Shown: positions 29,718 to 40,778, numbered from the stretch's first letter. The stretch is 64,000 nt of DNA from Cenarchaeum sp. (GCA_965206845.1 OZ242221.1:1184001-1248000); one strand, 5' to 3'. The notes: a model not told the origin generated them from the letters alone. Numbers and translations: made by a program.

Positions 29718-30004
29718 AGTGGCCCGTCGCAGCCAGGACACACCTTCTGCTCGCCTGTTCCTAGGTGTACGTCGCCGCAGCCACCGCAGTGCGCCTTCTC
29801 CATGGTGTCAAAGAGCTTGAACCAGATGGTGGTAAAGTTCTCACCGATGTCCCTGACCAGGCCACGGTCTCGGATCTCCCGAAAGTGTGGCTCTATGTCG
29901 TCTATTGTGATCGCGTCATCGATGTACCCCTCCTCCCTGAGCACCTCCAGTATCTGGTCGTTACTGAACCGGATCTCCATGTCGTTGAACCGCTCGTATA
30001 TCAC
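29714..30004 (-). CDS. Hypothetical protein with C-terminal Zn ribbon
   Basis: CGGC...CPGC; last gene of suf cluster; start uncertain. Confidence 0.65.
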   Translation of the reverse strand: MIYERFNDMEIRFSNDQILEVLREEGYIDDAITIDDIEPHFREIRDRGLVRDIGENFTTIWFKLFDTMEKAHCGGCGDVHLGTGEQKVCPGCDGPL

Positions 30005-30035
30005 GCGGCGGATCTGCAGCTGGACCGGTGTCTTG

Positions 30036-30473
30036 TCAGTAAAGATTTGCCGCCTCTTCCTTTAGTTTGTCGGCATCGCCCTCGGCGATGTGCTTTGCCA
30101 GGTACGTGTATAGCGCGTACTTGAGCGCCTTGAGCGAGAGCAGGGCGCACTTGATGCGGACGGCCTGTAGGTGTTCCAGGCCCAGCTCCGAGAGGATATC
30201 CCCCTTTGCAATGTCCCTTACCTTGTCGATATCCTTTCCCTTTGCAATTTCGGTAAGGACGGACGAGCAGGCCATGCAGATGGCGCACCCCTTGCCGTGA
30301 AACTTGATGTCTGTCAGCCTGTTCCCGTCTATCTTGAGGTCGATGTCGATGCTGTCGCCGCACAGGGGGTTGGCGTCGTGGTGCGTTGCGTCCGGCTTCT
30401 CGATCCTGCCAAAGTTCAGCGGATACCGGGAGTAGTCCACTATCATCTCGTGGTAGATGCCCGCATTGCTCAT
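30036..30473 (-). CDS. sufU: Fe-S scaffold SufU/IscU
   Basis: NPLCGD, GCAIC, RIKCALL. Confidence 0.92.
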   Translation of the reverse strand: MSNAGIYHEMIVDYSRYPLNFGRIEKPDATHHDANPLCGDSIDIDLKIDGNRLTDIKFHGKGCAICMACSSVLTEIAKGKDIDKVRDIAKGDILSELGLEHLQAVRIKCALLSLKALKYALYTYLAKHIAEGDADKLKEEAANLY

Positions 30474-31714
30474 ATCTTAAACACCCTTGCCACGTTCTCA
30501 AGCGATTCTATCATGGCATCCACGTCCTGCCTTGTGTTGTATATGTAAAAGCTGGCCCGGGAGGTGGCGGCAACATCCAGCCGTTCCATGAGAACCTGGG
30601 CGCAGTGGTGGCCTGATCTTATGGCGATGCCGTCGTCGTCTAGCAACTGGGCCACATCGTGGGGGTGTACGTCATGAAAGTTAAACGAGATTACCCCTCC
30701 CCTCTTCTTCATATCTGGAGTGCCGTAGATCTCAACCCCCTTTATGGCAGACATCCTCCCCAGGGCGTACTCTGTCAGCTCCATCTCGTGGCGCCTCATA
30801 TTCTCCATTCCTATTCCAGTCAGGTAGTCGATCGCGGCTCCCAGTCCCACCACATCGGCTATGTTCGGCGTTCCGGCCTCGAACTTGTAGGGAAGATCGT
30901 TCCATGTGGTCTCGTGTTTGTGCACCTCGCGGATCATGTCGCCGCCGCCCTGGAACGGCACCATGGTATCCAGAACGTCCCTTCGGGCCCAGAGCACTCC
31001 GACACCAGTGGGTCCCATCATCTTGTGTCCTGAGAAGGCAAAAAAGTCGCATCCCAGCCGCTGCATGTCCACCGGCATGTGCGGGACTGCCTGCGCGCCG
31101 TCCACCAGCACAAGCGCGCCAGCCTTTTTGCACATGGGTATTATCCTGTCCGCGTCTGAGATGGTTCCCAGTACGTTTGACATCAGGCTGAATGCGACCA
31201 GTCTTACCCTGCCCGTGGCCAGGTGCCTCTCCAGATCCTCAAGTACGAGCTCGCCGTCGTCATCAACCCCGATGTACTCTAGCCTGGCGCCGGTCTCCTG
31301 AGCCAGCAGCTGCCACGGGACTATGTTGCTGTGGTGCTCGTACTCTGTGACTACAATGATGTCATCCTTTTTGATGTGTGGGCGGCCCCAGGAGTAGGCG
31401 ACTAGGTTGATGGCCTCGGTGGTTCCCCGGACAAAGATGATCTCCTCCCGATTCCGTATGTTGAGGAACTCGGCCACCTTGTCCCGTGTCTTCTCGTACT
31501 CGGCGGTGGCCTCCTCTGCCAGCGCGTAGACCGCTCGGTGTATGTTTGCGTTGTACCCCTTGTAGTACTCTGTGATCTTCTCGATTACGCTCAGGGGCTT
31601 TTGGGTGGTGGACGCGTTGTCAAGGTATACCAGCGGCTTGTTATTCCTGACGCGGCGCGCCAGTATGGGAAAGTCATCCCTGATATTCTCAAACTGTGTC
31701 TCGGTTCTCTGCAA
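30470..31714 (-). CDS. sufS: Cysteine desulfurase
   Basis: YLDNASTTQKP, SGHKM, RSGHHCA. Confidence 0.96.
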   Translation of the reverse strand: MQRTETQFENIRDDFPILARRVRNNKPLVYLDNASTTQKPLSVIEKITEYYKGYNANIHRAVYALAEEATAEYEKTRDKVAEFLNIRNREEIIFVRGTTEAINLVAYSWGRPHIKKDDIIVVTEYEHHSNIVPWQLLAQETGARLEYIGVDDDGELVLEDLERHLATGRVRLVAFSLMSNVLGTISDADRIIPMCKKAGALVLVDGAQAVPHMPVDMQRLGCDFFAFSGHKMMGPTGVGVLWARRDVLDTMVPFQGGGDMIREVHKHETTWNDLPYKFEAGTPNIADVVGLGAAIDYLTGIGMENMRRHEMELTEYALGRMSAIKGVEIYGTPDMKKRGGVISFNFHDVHPHDVAQLLDDDGIAIRSGHHCAQVLMERLDVAATSRASFYIYNTRQDVDAMIESLENVARVFKI

Positions 31715-31717
31715 TCG

Positions 31718-32026
31718 CTAAACCTCCACATGGATCCGGCCGTCCGCTATTTTAACATTGAACGTGCGCAACGGCAGCTCTGCCGGTGGGTTCTGCGGGG
31801 CTCCGCTCTCCAGATCAAAGACGGAAAGGTGCAGCGGGCACCGGACGCCCTCTGGCGTGAGAAATCCCGTGGACAGGTCGGCCTCTGCATGGGTGCAGAT
31901 GAGGTCGGTTGCAAATACGCGATCCCCCAACCTGGCAAGAAGTATCCTGTCATCGCCGCTGCCGATGCAGCGCATCTGGCCGTCCGGCAGATCGTCTAGA
32001 CCGCAGGCCGTTATCCACCGCGACAT
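31718..32026 (-). CDS. Rieske [2Fe-2S] ferredoxin
   Basis: CTH...CPLH. Confidence 0.92.
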   Translation of the reverse strand: MSRWITACGLDDLPDGQMRCIGSGDDRILLARLGDRVFATDLICTHAEADLSTGFLTPEGVRCPLHLSVFDLESGAPQNPPAELPLRTFNVKIADGRIHVEV

Positions 32027-32029
32027 GAT

Positions 32030-33424
32030 CTATCGGTACTTGTAGTGCTGTTCAATCTCTGCATTCTCGTTGTATCGCGTCTCTTCCACCTCGACGAATT
32101 TTGTCAGCTCCTTGTCTGTGTTGATTCGGAGCTCCCTTCCCTCCCACTTTGACTCTATGAGGTACGCGATCCATGCCCGGACCTGGTAGGACATCTTGCG
32201 GGACATGGGCTCCAGGAACCCCTCCACAATGGTCCTCTCCGCTTCCTGCTTGCTCAGGCACCTGGTCTGGAGGTAGAAGATCTGCTCCTCGTCTATCTGT
32301 GCAACGGATGCCGAGTGGGTGGCCTTGACATCGTTGGTGAAGATTTCAAGTCCGGGTATCGCCTCGGACTTGGCGCCGGGATCAAGCAGTATGGAACGGC
32401 CCGAGAGGAACGATCTGGATTTTGCGGCATTCTCCATTATTCTGATCATTCCCTTGAAGAGCGACTTTGAGCTGTTCCTCAGGATTGACTTTTCGGTCAC
32501 ACGGCCCTCGGTGTCATGCGCGTTGTGGTTGATGTTTGACTGTATGTCAAATGACTGGCTGCTGCTTCCAAAGACGACCTCCGAGTCGCTGGTGCCGGCC
32601 CCTGGCCCGTTGAGGTGGTAGTCGATTCTGTATCTGGACAGCATTGCCCCAAAGAGGCCCAAGTACCAGTTCACCTTGCCGTCATGCTCGATATCGGTCC
32701 TGCGGGTTGAAAAGTTGACCGAGTCCGCATCCATGACCTGGAGCGTAGTGGCATCAATTTGTGCCCCCGCTGCCACTCTTGCGTTGAGCAGCTCGAGGTA
32801 CGCCTGCTGCTTTTGCGCGTGCGGCGAGTAGATCTCCTGCACTATCGTGGAACGGGACGCCTCGTCGGCAGATATGATGTTTCGGGATATGGTGGATGTG
32901 CCGTCAACGGAGAGCGACGACACCACATGGATTGGCCTCTCAAGTACCATGCCCCGTGGCACGTGAATGAAGAACCCCGAGTTGAAGGCCGCGTTGTTTA
33001 GCGCTGTGAACTTGTCCTCCCTTGGGTTTGACGACTCCAGCGCCTCCCTTACCAGGCTACCGTTGTTCTTGAGCGCGTCTGCTATGGATGAGATTACAAG
33101 CCCCTGGGACTGCAGCTCCTCGGGCACCGAGGCGCTGATGCCGGTGCCCACCTGGACCAGACAGGCCTCGCCTGTCAGCTCCACGAGCCTCTTTTTGAGA
33201 AATTCAGGCACGCTGCCATCAGAGCCTGCTGATATCGAGACTTGCCGGGGATCCATCCTTCCGGCGTCGGTGTACTTTGTGTACAGCGGGGATGTCTCCA
33301 TGGGAAGCTCCTCGTATATCGAGAGTGAGTTTCTCCTGTGCTTCCTCAGCCAGTCCGGTTCGTTATACGCATGCGAGATGTCGTCTACAGCTTTGGGGCC
33401 GATTGTAGACAGTGCAAGAGACAT
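32030..33424 (-). CDS. sufD: Fe-S assembly protein SufD
   Basis: PGLEIFTNDVKATHSAS, FYLQTR; follows sufB. Confidence 0.92.
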   Translation of the reverse strand: MSLALSTIGPKAVDDISHAYNEPDWLRKHRRNSLSIYEELPMETSPLYTKYTDAGRMDPRQVSISAGSDGSVPEFLKKRLVELTGEACLVQVGTGISASVPEELQSQGLVISSIADALKNNGSLVREALESSNPREDKFTALNNAAFNSGFFIHVPRGMVLERPIHVVSSLSVDGTSTISRNIISADEASRSTIVQEIYSPHAQKQQAYLELLNARVAAGAQIDATTLQVMDADSVNFSTRRTDIEHDGKVNWYLGLFGAMLSRYRIDYHLNGPGAGTSDSEVVFGSSSQSFDIQSNINHNAHDTEGRVTEKSILRNSSKSLFKGMIRIMENAAKSRSFLSGRSILLDPGAKSEAIPGLEIFTNDVKATHSASVAQIDEEQIFYLQTRCLSKQEAERTIVEGFLEPMSRKMSYQVRAWIAYLIESKWEGRELRINTDKELTKFVEVEETRYNENAEIEQHYKYR

Positions 33425-33431
33425 GTGGACC

Positions 33432-34832
33432 CTAGCCTACCGAATCGTCCATTTCCAGCTTTATCAGCCGGTTCAGCTCCACTGCGTACTCCATGGGGAG
33501 CTCCTTGGTGAACGGCTCCATGAATCCGTTTACTATGAGGCTGAGCGCCTCCTCCTCGGTGAATCCCCGGGTCATGAGGTAGAATATCTGCTCGTCGCCT
33601 ATCTTGCCCACCGTGGCCTCGTGGGTGATGGTGGCGTCCTCTTGGTTGATCTCCATGTAGGGGTACGTGTCGGTCTTGGAGGTGTCGTCTAGCAGCAACG
33701 CGTCGCATCTTACCGTGGCCTTGACGCCGGTGGCGCCCTTTGCTACGTTGAGCAGGCCCCTGTATGTGGAGCGTCCGTTGAGGCGGCTTACCGACTTTGA
33801 GGTGATCTTTGACTTTGTGTCCGGTGCCAGGTGCACCATCTTTGCTCCGGTGTCCTGGTGCTGGTTCTTCCCCGCAAATGCGATGGACAGCGTCTCGCCG
33901 TAGGCCCGCCGTCCCAGAAGGTAGATTCCCGGGTACTTCATGGTGACCTTGCTTCCGATGTTGCCGTCGATCCACTCCACGCTGGCTCCCTCGTATGCAT
34001 AGGCGCGCTTTGTTACCAGATTGTATACGTCACTGCTCCAGTTCTGGATCGTCGTGTATCGCAGGCGGGCGTTCTTGTGCGCCACAAGCTCCACCACGGC
34101 AGAGTGCAGTGACTCTGAGGAGTAGACCGGTGCGGTGCACCCCTCTATGTAGTGAATCTCCGAGTCCTCGTCGGCAATTATCAGGGTTCTCTCAAACTGG
34201 CCGATGTTCTCGGCGTTGATTCTAAAGTATGCCTGTAGTGGCATGTCGACCTTTACGCCAGGGGGCACGTAGATGAACGAGCCACCGCTCCATACGGCGC
34301 TGTTGAGTGCCGCAAACTTGTTGTCCTCGGGGGGAATTATCTTTCCAAAGTACTTTCTAAATATCTCTGGCTGCTCCTTTAGCGCGGTGTCTGTGTCCAG
34401 GAACAGCACGCCCTGCTTCTGCAGGTCTTCTCGCAGGCTGTGGTACACCACCTCTGACTCGTACTGGGCTCCGACGCCGGCCAAGAACTTCTTCTCCGCC
34501 TCGGGGATTCCCAGCTTGTCAAACGTGTTCTTGACATCATCGGGAACGTCATCCCAGTTCTTCTCTGTCTTCTCGGATGCCTTTGCATAGTAGTATATGT
34601 TCTGAAAATCTATCGAGCTGAGATCGGCTCCCCAGTTGGGCATGGGCTTCTTCATAAAGGTCTCATAGGCGCGCAGCCTAAAGTCAAGCATCCACTGCGG
34701 CTCGTCCTTCATCTTGCTGATGCTCTTTACAACCTCCTTGGAGAGGCCCTTCTTTGAAAGGTGGACGTACAGCTCGGTGGAGTCCTTGAAATCATACTTT
34801 GAGTAATCCATCTCGATATTTTTGGCTGCCAC
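33432..34832 (-). CDS. sufB: Fe-S assembly protein SufB
   Basis: [31 protein letters not shown]. Confidence 0.97.
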   Translation of the reverse strand: MAAKNIEMDYSKYDFKDSTELYVHLSKKGLSKEVVKSISKMKDEPQWMLDFRLRAYETFMKKPMPNWGADLSSIDFQNIYYYAKASEKTEKNWDDVPDDVKNTFDKLGIPEAEKKFLAGVGAQYESEVVYHSLREDLQKQGVLFLDTDTALKEQPEIFRKYFGKIIPPEDNKFAALNSAVWSGGSFIYVPPGVKVDMPLQAYFRINAENIGQFERTLIIADEDSEIHYIEGCTAPVYSSESLHSAVVELVAHKNARLRYTTIQNWSSDVYNLVTKRAYAYEGASVEWIDGNIGSKVTMKYPGIYLLGRRAYGETLSIAFAGKNQHQDTGAKMVHLAPDTKSKITSKSVSRLNGRSTYRGLLNVAKGATGVKATVRCDALLLDDTSKTDTYPYMEINQEDATITHEATVGKIGDEQIFYLMTRGFTEEEALSLIVNGFMEPFTKELPMEYAVELNRLIKLEMDDSVG

Positions 34833-34896
34833 GATCCTGTATGTGATGTGTTGCTATAAAAAACTACGGAAAATAAGGTATAGCTAAGAGGGCCCT

Positions 34897-35307
34897 TCAG
34901 CCCTGGTTGTCGCGGATCAGATCTGCAATGTACCTCTCCACCTCGATCATCTCCTGTTGGAAGGATCCGTAGACCCATTTCTCCGGGTTCTCGCTGCACC
35001 CAACCCGGTCTGTCTGCAGCTGGAGTTCGTCTGCCCGGGCATTAAAGTCGTCGATCCGCTCTGTGTCGTCAGGGCCCAGGTCTGCCCTGGCCGCCTCGAC
35101 TGAGAGATCCATGACCTGCCGCGCCAGATCCCTGCACTGCTGGATGTACGCCGGATCCGCAGGCTCGCCCCTCTCCTGCGCCAGGATCACATACAGGGAT
35201 ACGGTTACCGCGGCAAATACGGCAACCCCGATCATAACTTGGTGTCTCAGGTTGAGCATGTCTCGGCTCCGTGCGATGCGTATTTTATTCTTGGGCGGTC
35301 CGAGCAT
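34897..35307 (-). CDS. Hypothetical membrane-anchored protein
   Basis: Single N-terminal TM followed by helical domain; start uncertain. Confidence 0.55.
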   Translation of the reverse strand: MLGPPKNKIRIARSRDMLNLRHQVMIGVAVFAAVTVSLYVILAQERGEPADPAYIQQCRDLARQVMDLSVEAARADLGPDDTERIDDFNARADELQLQTDRVGCSENPEKWVYGSFQQEMIEVERYIADLIRDNQG

Positions 35308-35375
35308 GGTACGGGCCTCCTGGCATGGGCGCGGGCTTGGATGCCTGGCCAGGTCTTTGCGCCAGGCCTGGCAGA

Positions 35376-35867
35376 TTACCAGGTTATGTGCTGGATAAAC
35401 TCAAACCCCTCGCTCATGCGGGGCGGCTCCATCTCGCCAAGGAACCCGCCAAGAACCGCGTCATCCAGCCTGCCTTCGCGCCCCGCGTTTCGCACGTATG
35501 CCTGCCGCGTATTCATAAAGAATATCGCCTTGATGCTGGCACCATGCTCCTGAGCCAGGCTGATGTGGACCCTGCGTATCTCCTCTGTCACGTTTGTGTC
35601 GTCGATGACTATGTTTCTGCCTCCCTTGAGCGCGTCGTGCACCATGACGTACTCCATCTGCCTGTTCCTGCTCAACCCCATGGCGTGTGGCGGCTCGCCA
35701 CTCTCACACCGCCTCTGGAGCCCGTGCCTTCTGCTCGCCGGAAACCGCTTGAGCGCATCCAGGGATATGTGAACGTGATCCGGAAATGCGACTTTTGCAA
35801 GCGTCGTCTTTCCGCTGCCCGGAATTCCGATCATCAGTATGACCTCCATTATGCCGGTTTGGCTCAC
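35376..35867 (-). CDS. P-loop kinase (AAA_33/polynucleotide kinase-like)
   Basis: GIPGSGKTT, IVIDDTN, EPP..SEGF. Confidence 0.82.
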   Translation of the reverse strand: MSQTGIMEVILMIGIPGSGKTTLAKVAFPDHVHISLDALKRFPASRRHGLQRRCESGEPPHAMGLSRNRQMEYVMVHDALKGGRNIVIDDTNVTEEIRRVHISLAQEHGASIKAIFFMNTRQAYVRNAGREGRLDDAVLGGFLGEMEPPRMSEGFEFIQHITW

Positions 35868-36083
35868 GGGCTAGAAAATCATTGCTGCATCCTTGTGCGG
35901 TGTCGGCTTCACCTAGCCATGGGCCTGTACGTTGGAATGTGGCCTCCAGCCTGGCTTGGTGCGGCAGGCGGCCTCACGCAGTAGTGGCGCAAGGCAGGGT
36001 TATGGTGCCAACAGGCTCATTGCTGCACGATGAGACCAGAAAAGACATGCGGCAGCATACTGAAACTGATATCCATACGCCGG

Positions 36084-36755
36084 CTAGTGCCGCCTTGGCA
36101 TGAACGGTATCAGGGCCCTTACAAACTCCATGATGTTCTTTGTCTGCAGATAGATGGTTCCCGGACCCACGACCTCGATCACCAGGGCCTCTCCGCCAAA
36201 CAGCGTGGTCTTGAGGTTTCCGTGCTTTGCGACCCGGTAGTCCGCAGTGGCGCTCAGGGCAACCAGCTGGTAGTTGTCAACGATCATCCTCTCCCCGGCC
36301 TCAAGCTCCATCTTGAGAATGCCGCCCCACGCGTTAACGAACATGTCTCCGATTCCCACCGTCCTGAGCATGAAGAGGTTGCTTCCAAAGATGCCCCTGG
36401 TGAACCCCTGCCATTGCGTATCCAGCGTCAGATCTCCTGTGGAGCACACAAACGCCCCTGACTGGATAATGAACTCACGGTCAATGCGGATGGGTTCGAT
36501 GTCGCCAAGCATGTTTCCGGTAAGGCCAAGCGTGCAGTTGTCCTCCTGTGCGGTAAACTCGTTTACGAAGAACGACTCCCCGCCGAAGGCTGCCGCCTTG
36601 AGCGACTTGAGAAAGCCGCCCTTTCTCATTCTGGTCTCGGTCTCGATGTGCCCCCGGATAAAGACCATGGCCGCGGCCTCGGCTGTGACCTTCTCCCCAC
36701 GGTTCATGGTAAACTGGATCAGTCCCATCGGGTTCTTCATAACTTCATACTTCAA
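36084..36755 (-). CDS. AIM24/TIGR00266 family protein
   Basis: GGESFFVNEF, LFGGEALV..VVGPGTIYLQT. Confidence 0.88.
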   Translation of the reverse strand: MKYEVMKNPMGLIQFTMNRGEKVTAEAAAMVFIRGHIETETRMRKGGFLKSLKAAAFGGESFFVNEFTAQEDNCTLGLTGNMLGDIEPIRIDREFIIQSGAFVCSTGDLTLDTQWQGFTRGIFGSNLFMLRTVGIGDMFVNAWGGILKMELEAGERMIVDNYQLVALSATADYRVAKHGNLKTTLFGGEALVIEVVGPGTIYLQTKNIMEFVRALIPFMPRRH

Positions 36756-36880
36756 CTGCGCATTATGGGCAAATGTCTTGCAATTTAGGTATTTCCACGC
36801 CGCGCCCAGCCGTCCCAGGCCGCGGCCAGCCCATGGCCCGGTAGGTGGTTTATAGATGGCCGGCACCAAGTACCGGTACT

Positions 36881-37546
36881 GTGCCTGAACTGAAGACAAT
36901 CGAGTCGCTCAACAGGGAGATTTCAGAATGCAAGAGGTGCCCCCGGCTTGCATCGTACATCCGGGATGTCGCAAGGAACAAGACACGGCGCTTTCGGAAC
37001 CAAGAGTACCACGGACGGCCGCTGCCGGGATTCGGCGACGTCAACGCAAGGCTGCTGATCATCGGTCTGGCGCCTGCCGCACACGGCGGAAACAGGACCG
37101 GGAGGATGTTTACCGGAGACTCGTCGGGCGATTGGCTTGCAAGGGTGATGCACATCCACGGGTTCGCCTCTATTCCAACCAGCCAGGCTAAGGGAGACGG
37201 GCTGGTTCTCAAAAACGCATACGTCACCGCGGCTGTGAGATGCGCGCCCCCGCAGAACAGGCCCACAAGGGAGGAGATGGACTCCTGTCACCCGTATCTG
37301 GAGCGGGAACTGAAGATTCTGGGCAACGTCACCACGATTCTGTGCCTTGGACAGATTGCCTATGGCTCTGCATGCAGGCTGTACGGGGTAAAGCGTGAAA
37401 GGTTTGGTCACAACAGGCTGTTCAGGTATGACGGGGTTCAGATTCTGACATCATACCATCCTTCAAGGCAGAACACCCAGACGGGGCGGCTGGGCTGGAA
37501 GGCGTGGTCTGACGTTTTTGAGAGGGCAAGCATGCTGGTGCGATAG
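36881..37546 (+). CDS. Uracil-DNA glycosylase family 5 (UDGb)
   Basis: CKRCPRL, GLAPAAHGGNRTGRMFTGD, YHPSRQNT. Confidence 0.93.
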   Translation: MPELKTIESLNREISECKRCPRLASYIRDVARNKTRRFRNQEYHGRPLPGFGDVNARLLIIGLAPAAHGGNRTGRMFTGDSSGDWLARVMHIHGFASIPTSQAKGDGLVLKNAYVTAAVRCAPPQNRPTREEMDSCHPYLERELKILGNVTTILCLGQIAYGSACRLYGVKRERFGHNRLFRYDGVQILTSYHPSRQNTQTGRLGWKAWSDVFERASMLVR

Positions 37547-37661
37547 GCAGGAATCGCCGGTCGCGGTCCTGGCCACCTGAACCGTTACGGCATCCATACA
37601 CCGGAACAATCCCGCCTGCCGTTACAGCAGTCTTAATTGCGTTGTCGTTCCTCCGTCTGGT

Positions 37662-40037
37662 GTGGTGAAACTGGCAGCCGTTCTGGCATTGCTCCTGGTG
37701 GTTCCTGCCGCATCGGCACAGGAGTACCCGGAGCTTGGGGTAATGGTGGAGACCGTAGCCGAGAACCTGCGGATCCCGTGGAGCATCGACTGGACTCCCG
37801 ACGGCACGGCCCTGTTTACCGAGAGGGGCGGGGATCTCAGGGCGATCCAGGGCGGGGTCCTTGTGCCCGAGCCGCTGCTGTCAGTCGAGGTCAGCGGCGT
37901 GGAGGGCGGACTGCTGGGAGTCGCAGTTGATCCAGACTTTGGGGACAACCGCTACGTCTACCTGTACTACACCTACAACGAGTTTATCTCGACCGCGAAC
38001 AAGGTGGTCCGCTACCAGTTCGCCGACGGGGTGGTGGCCGAGGACATGGTACTGATAGACGGAATCCCGGGAGGGCCGTTCCACGACGGCGGAAGAATCC
38101 AGTTTGGGCCGGACGGAAAGCTCTACATCACCACGGGGGACGCGGGCAACGCAAACTTGGCGCAGGATCCCAACTCACTGGCGGGAAAGATTCTCAGAGT
38201 CAACCGGGACGGAACGATACCAGAGGACAACCCGTTTGACGGCTCCCCGGTCTGGTCTGTGGGGCACAGAAACCCACAGGGTGTGGACTGGGACATGTCT
38301 GGAAACCTAGTCGCAACAGAGCACGGGCCGTCGGGGCTGAGGGGCGTGGCCCACGACGAGATCAACCTCATAGTCCCGGGCGCAAACTACGGCTGGCCCG
38401 ACATCATAGGGGACGAATCGGCAGAGGGCCTGCAGGTACCGATCCTGCACACCGGGGAGGACACGTGGGCGCCGTCGGGTGCGGAGTTCTATGACGGGGA
38501 CAGGATCCCCAAATGGACGGGCAAATATTTTGTTGCAACGTTGCGGGGCAGCCACCTGCACGTGGTTGATCTTGATCTGCAGAACAACTCGGTAATCTCC
38601 CATGAGCGGCTGTTCCAGGGCGAGTTTGGAAGGCTGCGGGACGTGCAGACGGGACCCGACGGGCTCCTGTACCTTCTGACTAGCAACCGTGACGGCAGGG
38701 GGCATCCGGACCTGAACGACGATCGGATTCTTCGAGTTGTCCCGTTATCCGTGGGGGTGGGCAGCTTTGATGACTGTGTTGCGGCAGGCAATCCGGTGAT
38801 GGAGTCGCACCCGCGACAGTGCAGTACCGCAGACGGGCTGCGCTTTGTTGATGTGCCAGGCGGCTGCGTGGATGTCTCCGAGTCGGATCCGATCAGCGTC
38901 AGCGCGGATGTGGAGGATCTTAATCCTGGGATTTTGGCCATAATAAGGGGATGCGTCCACGAGACTGCGCGTACAGGGATGATCAGCGTCATGGTTCTGG
39001 ATCCTGACGGCCGCATCATCCAGGGATATCCGGTCGTTCTGGATCATGGCGGGTCGTTTGCCGTATCCGTCATCGGACTGGATCATGGCGGGATATACTC
39101 TGCAACAGTTGACTTGGACGGCCAGGATGCGGGGACGACCACGTTTGCGGTTCCGGACAGGCCGTATGCCAGGGACACTCCCATAATTGCATTTGTTGGT
39201 AGGAGCGTGGGTTACAGCGATGCGGCCCCCGACAGAGCGCATGTTGGCGATGCCGGCATAACGATAGATGCCGGTAGCAGATTCTGGAGAGACCATTTTG
39301 AGGTAGGGGACACGGTCAGCGGGGAGGTACACTTTTTTGGCCAGGCGGCGGATCCCGGTAAGGCAAGCACCGGAACGGCAGACATCATGCTGACGATGCC
39401 GTCGGGCAGGACGGTAACCATGGCGGGCCGCATTCCGGTCTCTGGCAGCTACGTGGAGTTCGCAATTCCGGTCGCAGAAGGCCTTGATCCGGGAGCATAT
39501 CTTCTTCACACAACATACACGGCCGACGGCGCCGGACATCCGGCAGAATACCAGGCGGCGTTCCACATAGGACAGAGCCGGCACTTTTTGTATGCCGGCG
39601 AGGGCGGACCGCTGAGCGCAAGCGCGCAGTACGTGGAGTATGCGGTATCGCCGATCAGCTTTGATATCGACTCGAAGAGCGTCAGCTTTGATTTTGAGAG
39701 GCTAGACGACCGGCCTGCGCCGCCGGGGCACCCGTTGCAGGCCGGCATCGGAGTACTGATCGAGAGGCCCCTGATCTCCCCACCGTATGTCATAGCGGTG
39801 GAGTCAGACAGCGGTACGGCATATCGGGAAGATCATAAAATAGGCATCACCGAGGATAACTTCTACAGGTATGAGCTGGTGCCAGACGAGGGCGTGAAGC
39901 GGGGAACCGTGACGATAACCGGGACGTACGTAATTCCGGAGTTTGGGATCGTCGCATCGGCGGTTTTGGTGATCGGACTGGCCTCAATGGCCGTACTCTC
40001 CTCTAGACTCCTGCCGGGAATGCGGATCTGTAGATGA
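37662..40037 (+). CDS. PQQ-dependent sugar dehydrogenase (GSDH beta-propeller) with extra domains and PEFG-CTERM anchor
   Basis: HDGGRIQFGPDGKLY, GHRNPQG, GRLRDV; C-terminal VIPEFG + TM. Confidence 0.9.
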   Translation: MVKLAAVLALLLVVPAASAQEYPELGVMVETVAENLRIPWSIDWTPDGTALFTERGGDLRAIQGGVLVPEPLLSVEVSGVEGGLLGVAVDPDFGDNRYVYLYYTYNEFISTANKVVRYQFADGVVAEDMVLIDGIPGGPFHDGGRIQFGPDGKLYITTGDAGNANLAQDPNSLAGKILRVNRDGTIPEDNPFDGSPVWSVGHRNPQGVDWDMSGNLVATEHGPSGLRGVAHDEINLIVPGANYGWPDIIGDESAEGLQVPILHTGEDTWAPSGAEFYDGDRIPKWTGKYFVATLRGSHLHVVDLDLQNNSVISHERLFQGEFGRLRDVQTGPDGLLYLLTSNRDGRGHPDLNDDRILRVVPLSVGVGSFDDCVAAGNPVMESHPRQCSTADGLRFVDVPGGCVDVSESDPISVSADVEDLNPGILAIIRGCVHETARTGMISVMVLDPDGRIIQGYPVVLDHGGSFAVSVIGLDHGGIYSATVDLDGQDAGTTTFAVPDRPYARDTPIIAFVGRSVGYSDAAPDRAHVGDAGITIDAGSRFWRDHFEVGDTVSGEVHFFGQAADPGKASTGTADIMLTMPSGRTVTMAGRIPVSGSYVEFAIPVAEGLDPGAYLLHTTYTADGAGHPAEYQAAFHIGQSRHFLYAGEGGPLSASAQYVEYAVSPISFDIDSKSVSFDFERLDDRPAPPGHPLQAGIGVLIERPLISPPYVIAVESDSGTAYREDHKIGITEDNFYRYELVPDEGVKRGTVTITGTYVIPEFGIVASAVLVIGLASMAVLSSRLLPGMRICR

Positions 40038-40127
40038 GGGTTAAAGCAGGCCCTCTTTGGCGCTGGCGTGCCAGATTTGGATCACATTTGGATTAACGAT
40101 AATATACCAAGACCACGGCATACATTC

Positions 40128-40778
40128 ATGAATAAACGACTGGCGGCTATTGGGGCCGTCGTGATACTCGGGGCAATTGCCACAGCTGCGCTGTCGCCTT
40201 ACTTTACAGAATCAACTGTGGATGAGGCACTGCCAGAAGGCGTAATTGTTCCGCCAACAATAGAGCCCAAAGACAGTATGACAGAAGACGACGCCATGGT
40301 GGATGACGCTATGAAGGACGACGATGCCATGATGGACGATACTATGAAGGACGACGACGCCATGATGGACGATACTATGAAGGACGACGACGCCATGATG
40401 GACGATACTATGAAGGACGACGACGCCATGATGGATGACATGGTGGAGACTCCTACGAGCTATGCCGGAACATTTGTCGGGGTTGGAGACGGAATCCATC
40501 ATGCGGAAGGCAACGCATATGCACTCCCATTGGAGGACGGCGGTAACGTACTGAGAATGGAGAACTTCCGGACAACCAACGGTCCTGACCTGTTTGTCTA
40601 TCTGGCAACTGACAAGGGGGCGTCGGAGTTTATCAACCTGGGAGTGCTCAAGGCAAGCATGGGAAACCAGAACTACGACATACCAGAAGGCACGGATCTT
40701 GACAAATACGATACTGTGCTGATCTGGTGCAGGGCATTCTCTTTGTACTTTGGAAGTGCAGAGTTGTCCCTCCAGTAA
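40128..40778 (+). CDS. DM13-domain protein with Met/Asp-rich repeat
   Basis: NGPDLFVYL, GNQNYDIP, VLIWC..F...FG.A. Confidence 0.9.
   Translation: MNKRLAAIGAVVILGAIATAALSPYFTESTVDEALPEGVIVPPTIEPKDSMTEDDAMVDDAMKDDDAMMDDTMKDDDAMMDDTMKDDDAMMDDTMKDDDAMMDDMVETPTSYAGTFVGVGDGIHHAEGNAYALPLEDGGNVLRMENFRTTNGPDLFVYLATDKGASEFINLGVLKASMGNQNYDIPEGTDLDKYDTVLIWCRAFSLYFGSAELSLQ
40278..40442 (+). repeat. 33-bp coding tandem repeat x5 (MKDDDAMMDDT)
   Basis: ATGAAGGACGACGACGCCATGATGGACGATACT repeated. Confidence 0.92.

Noticed and set aside
29714-34832. suf cluster lacking sufC; likewise rps13-rps4 without rps11/rpoD
   Set aside because: The missing genes are likely elsewhere in the genome; one window gives no evidence of loss.
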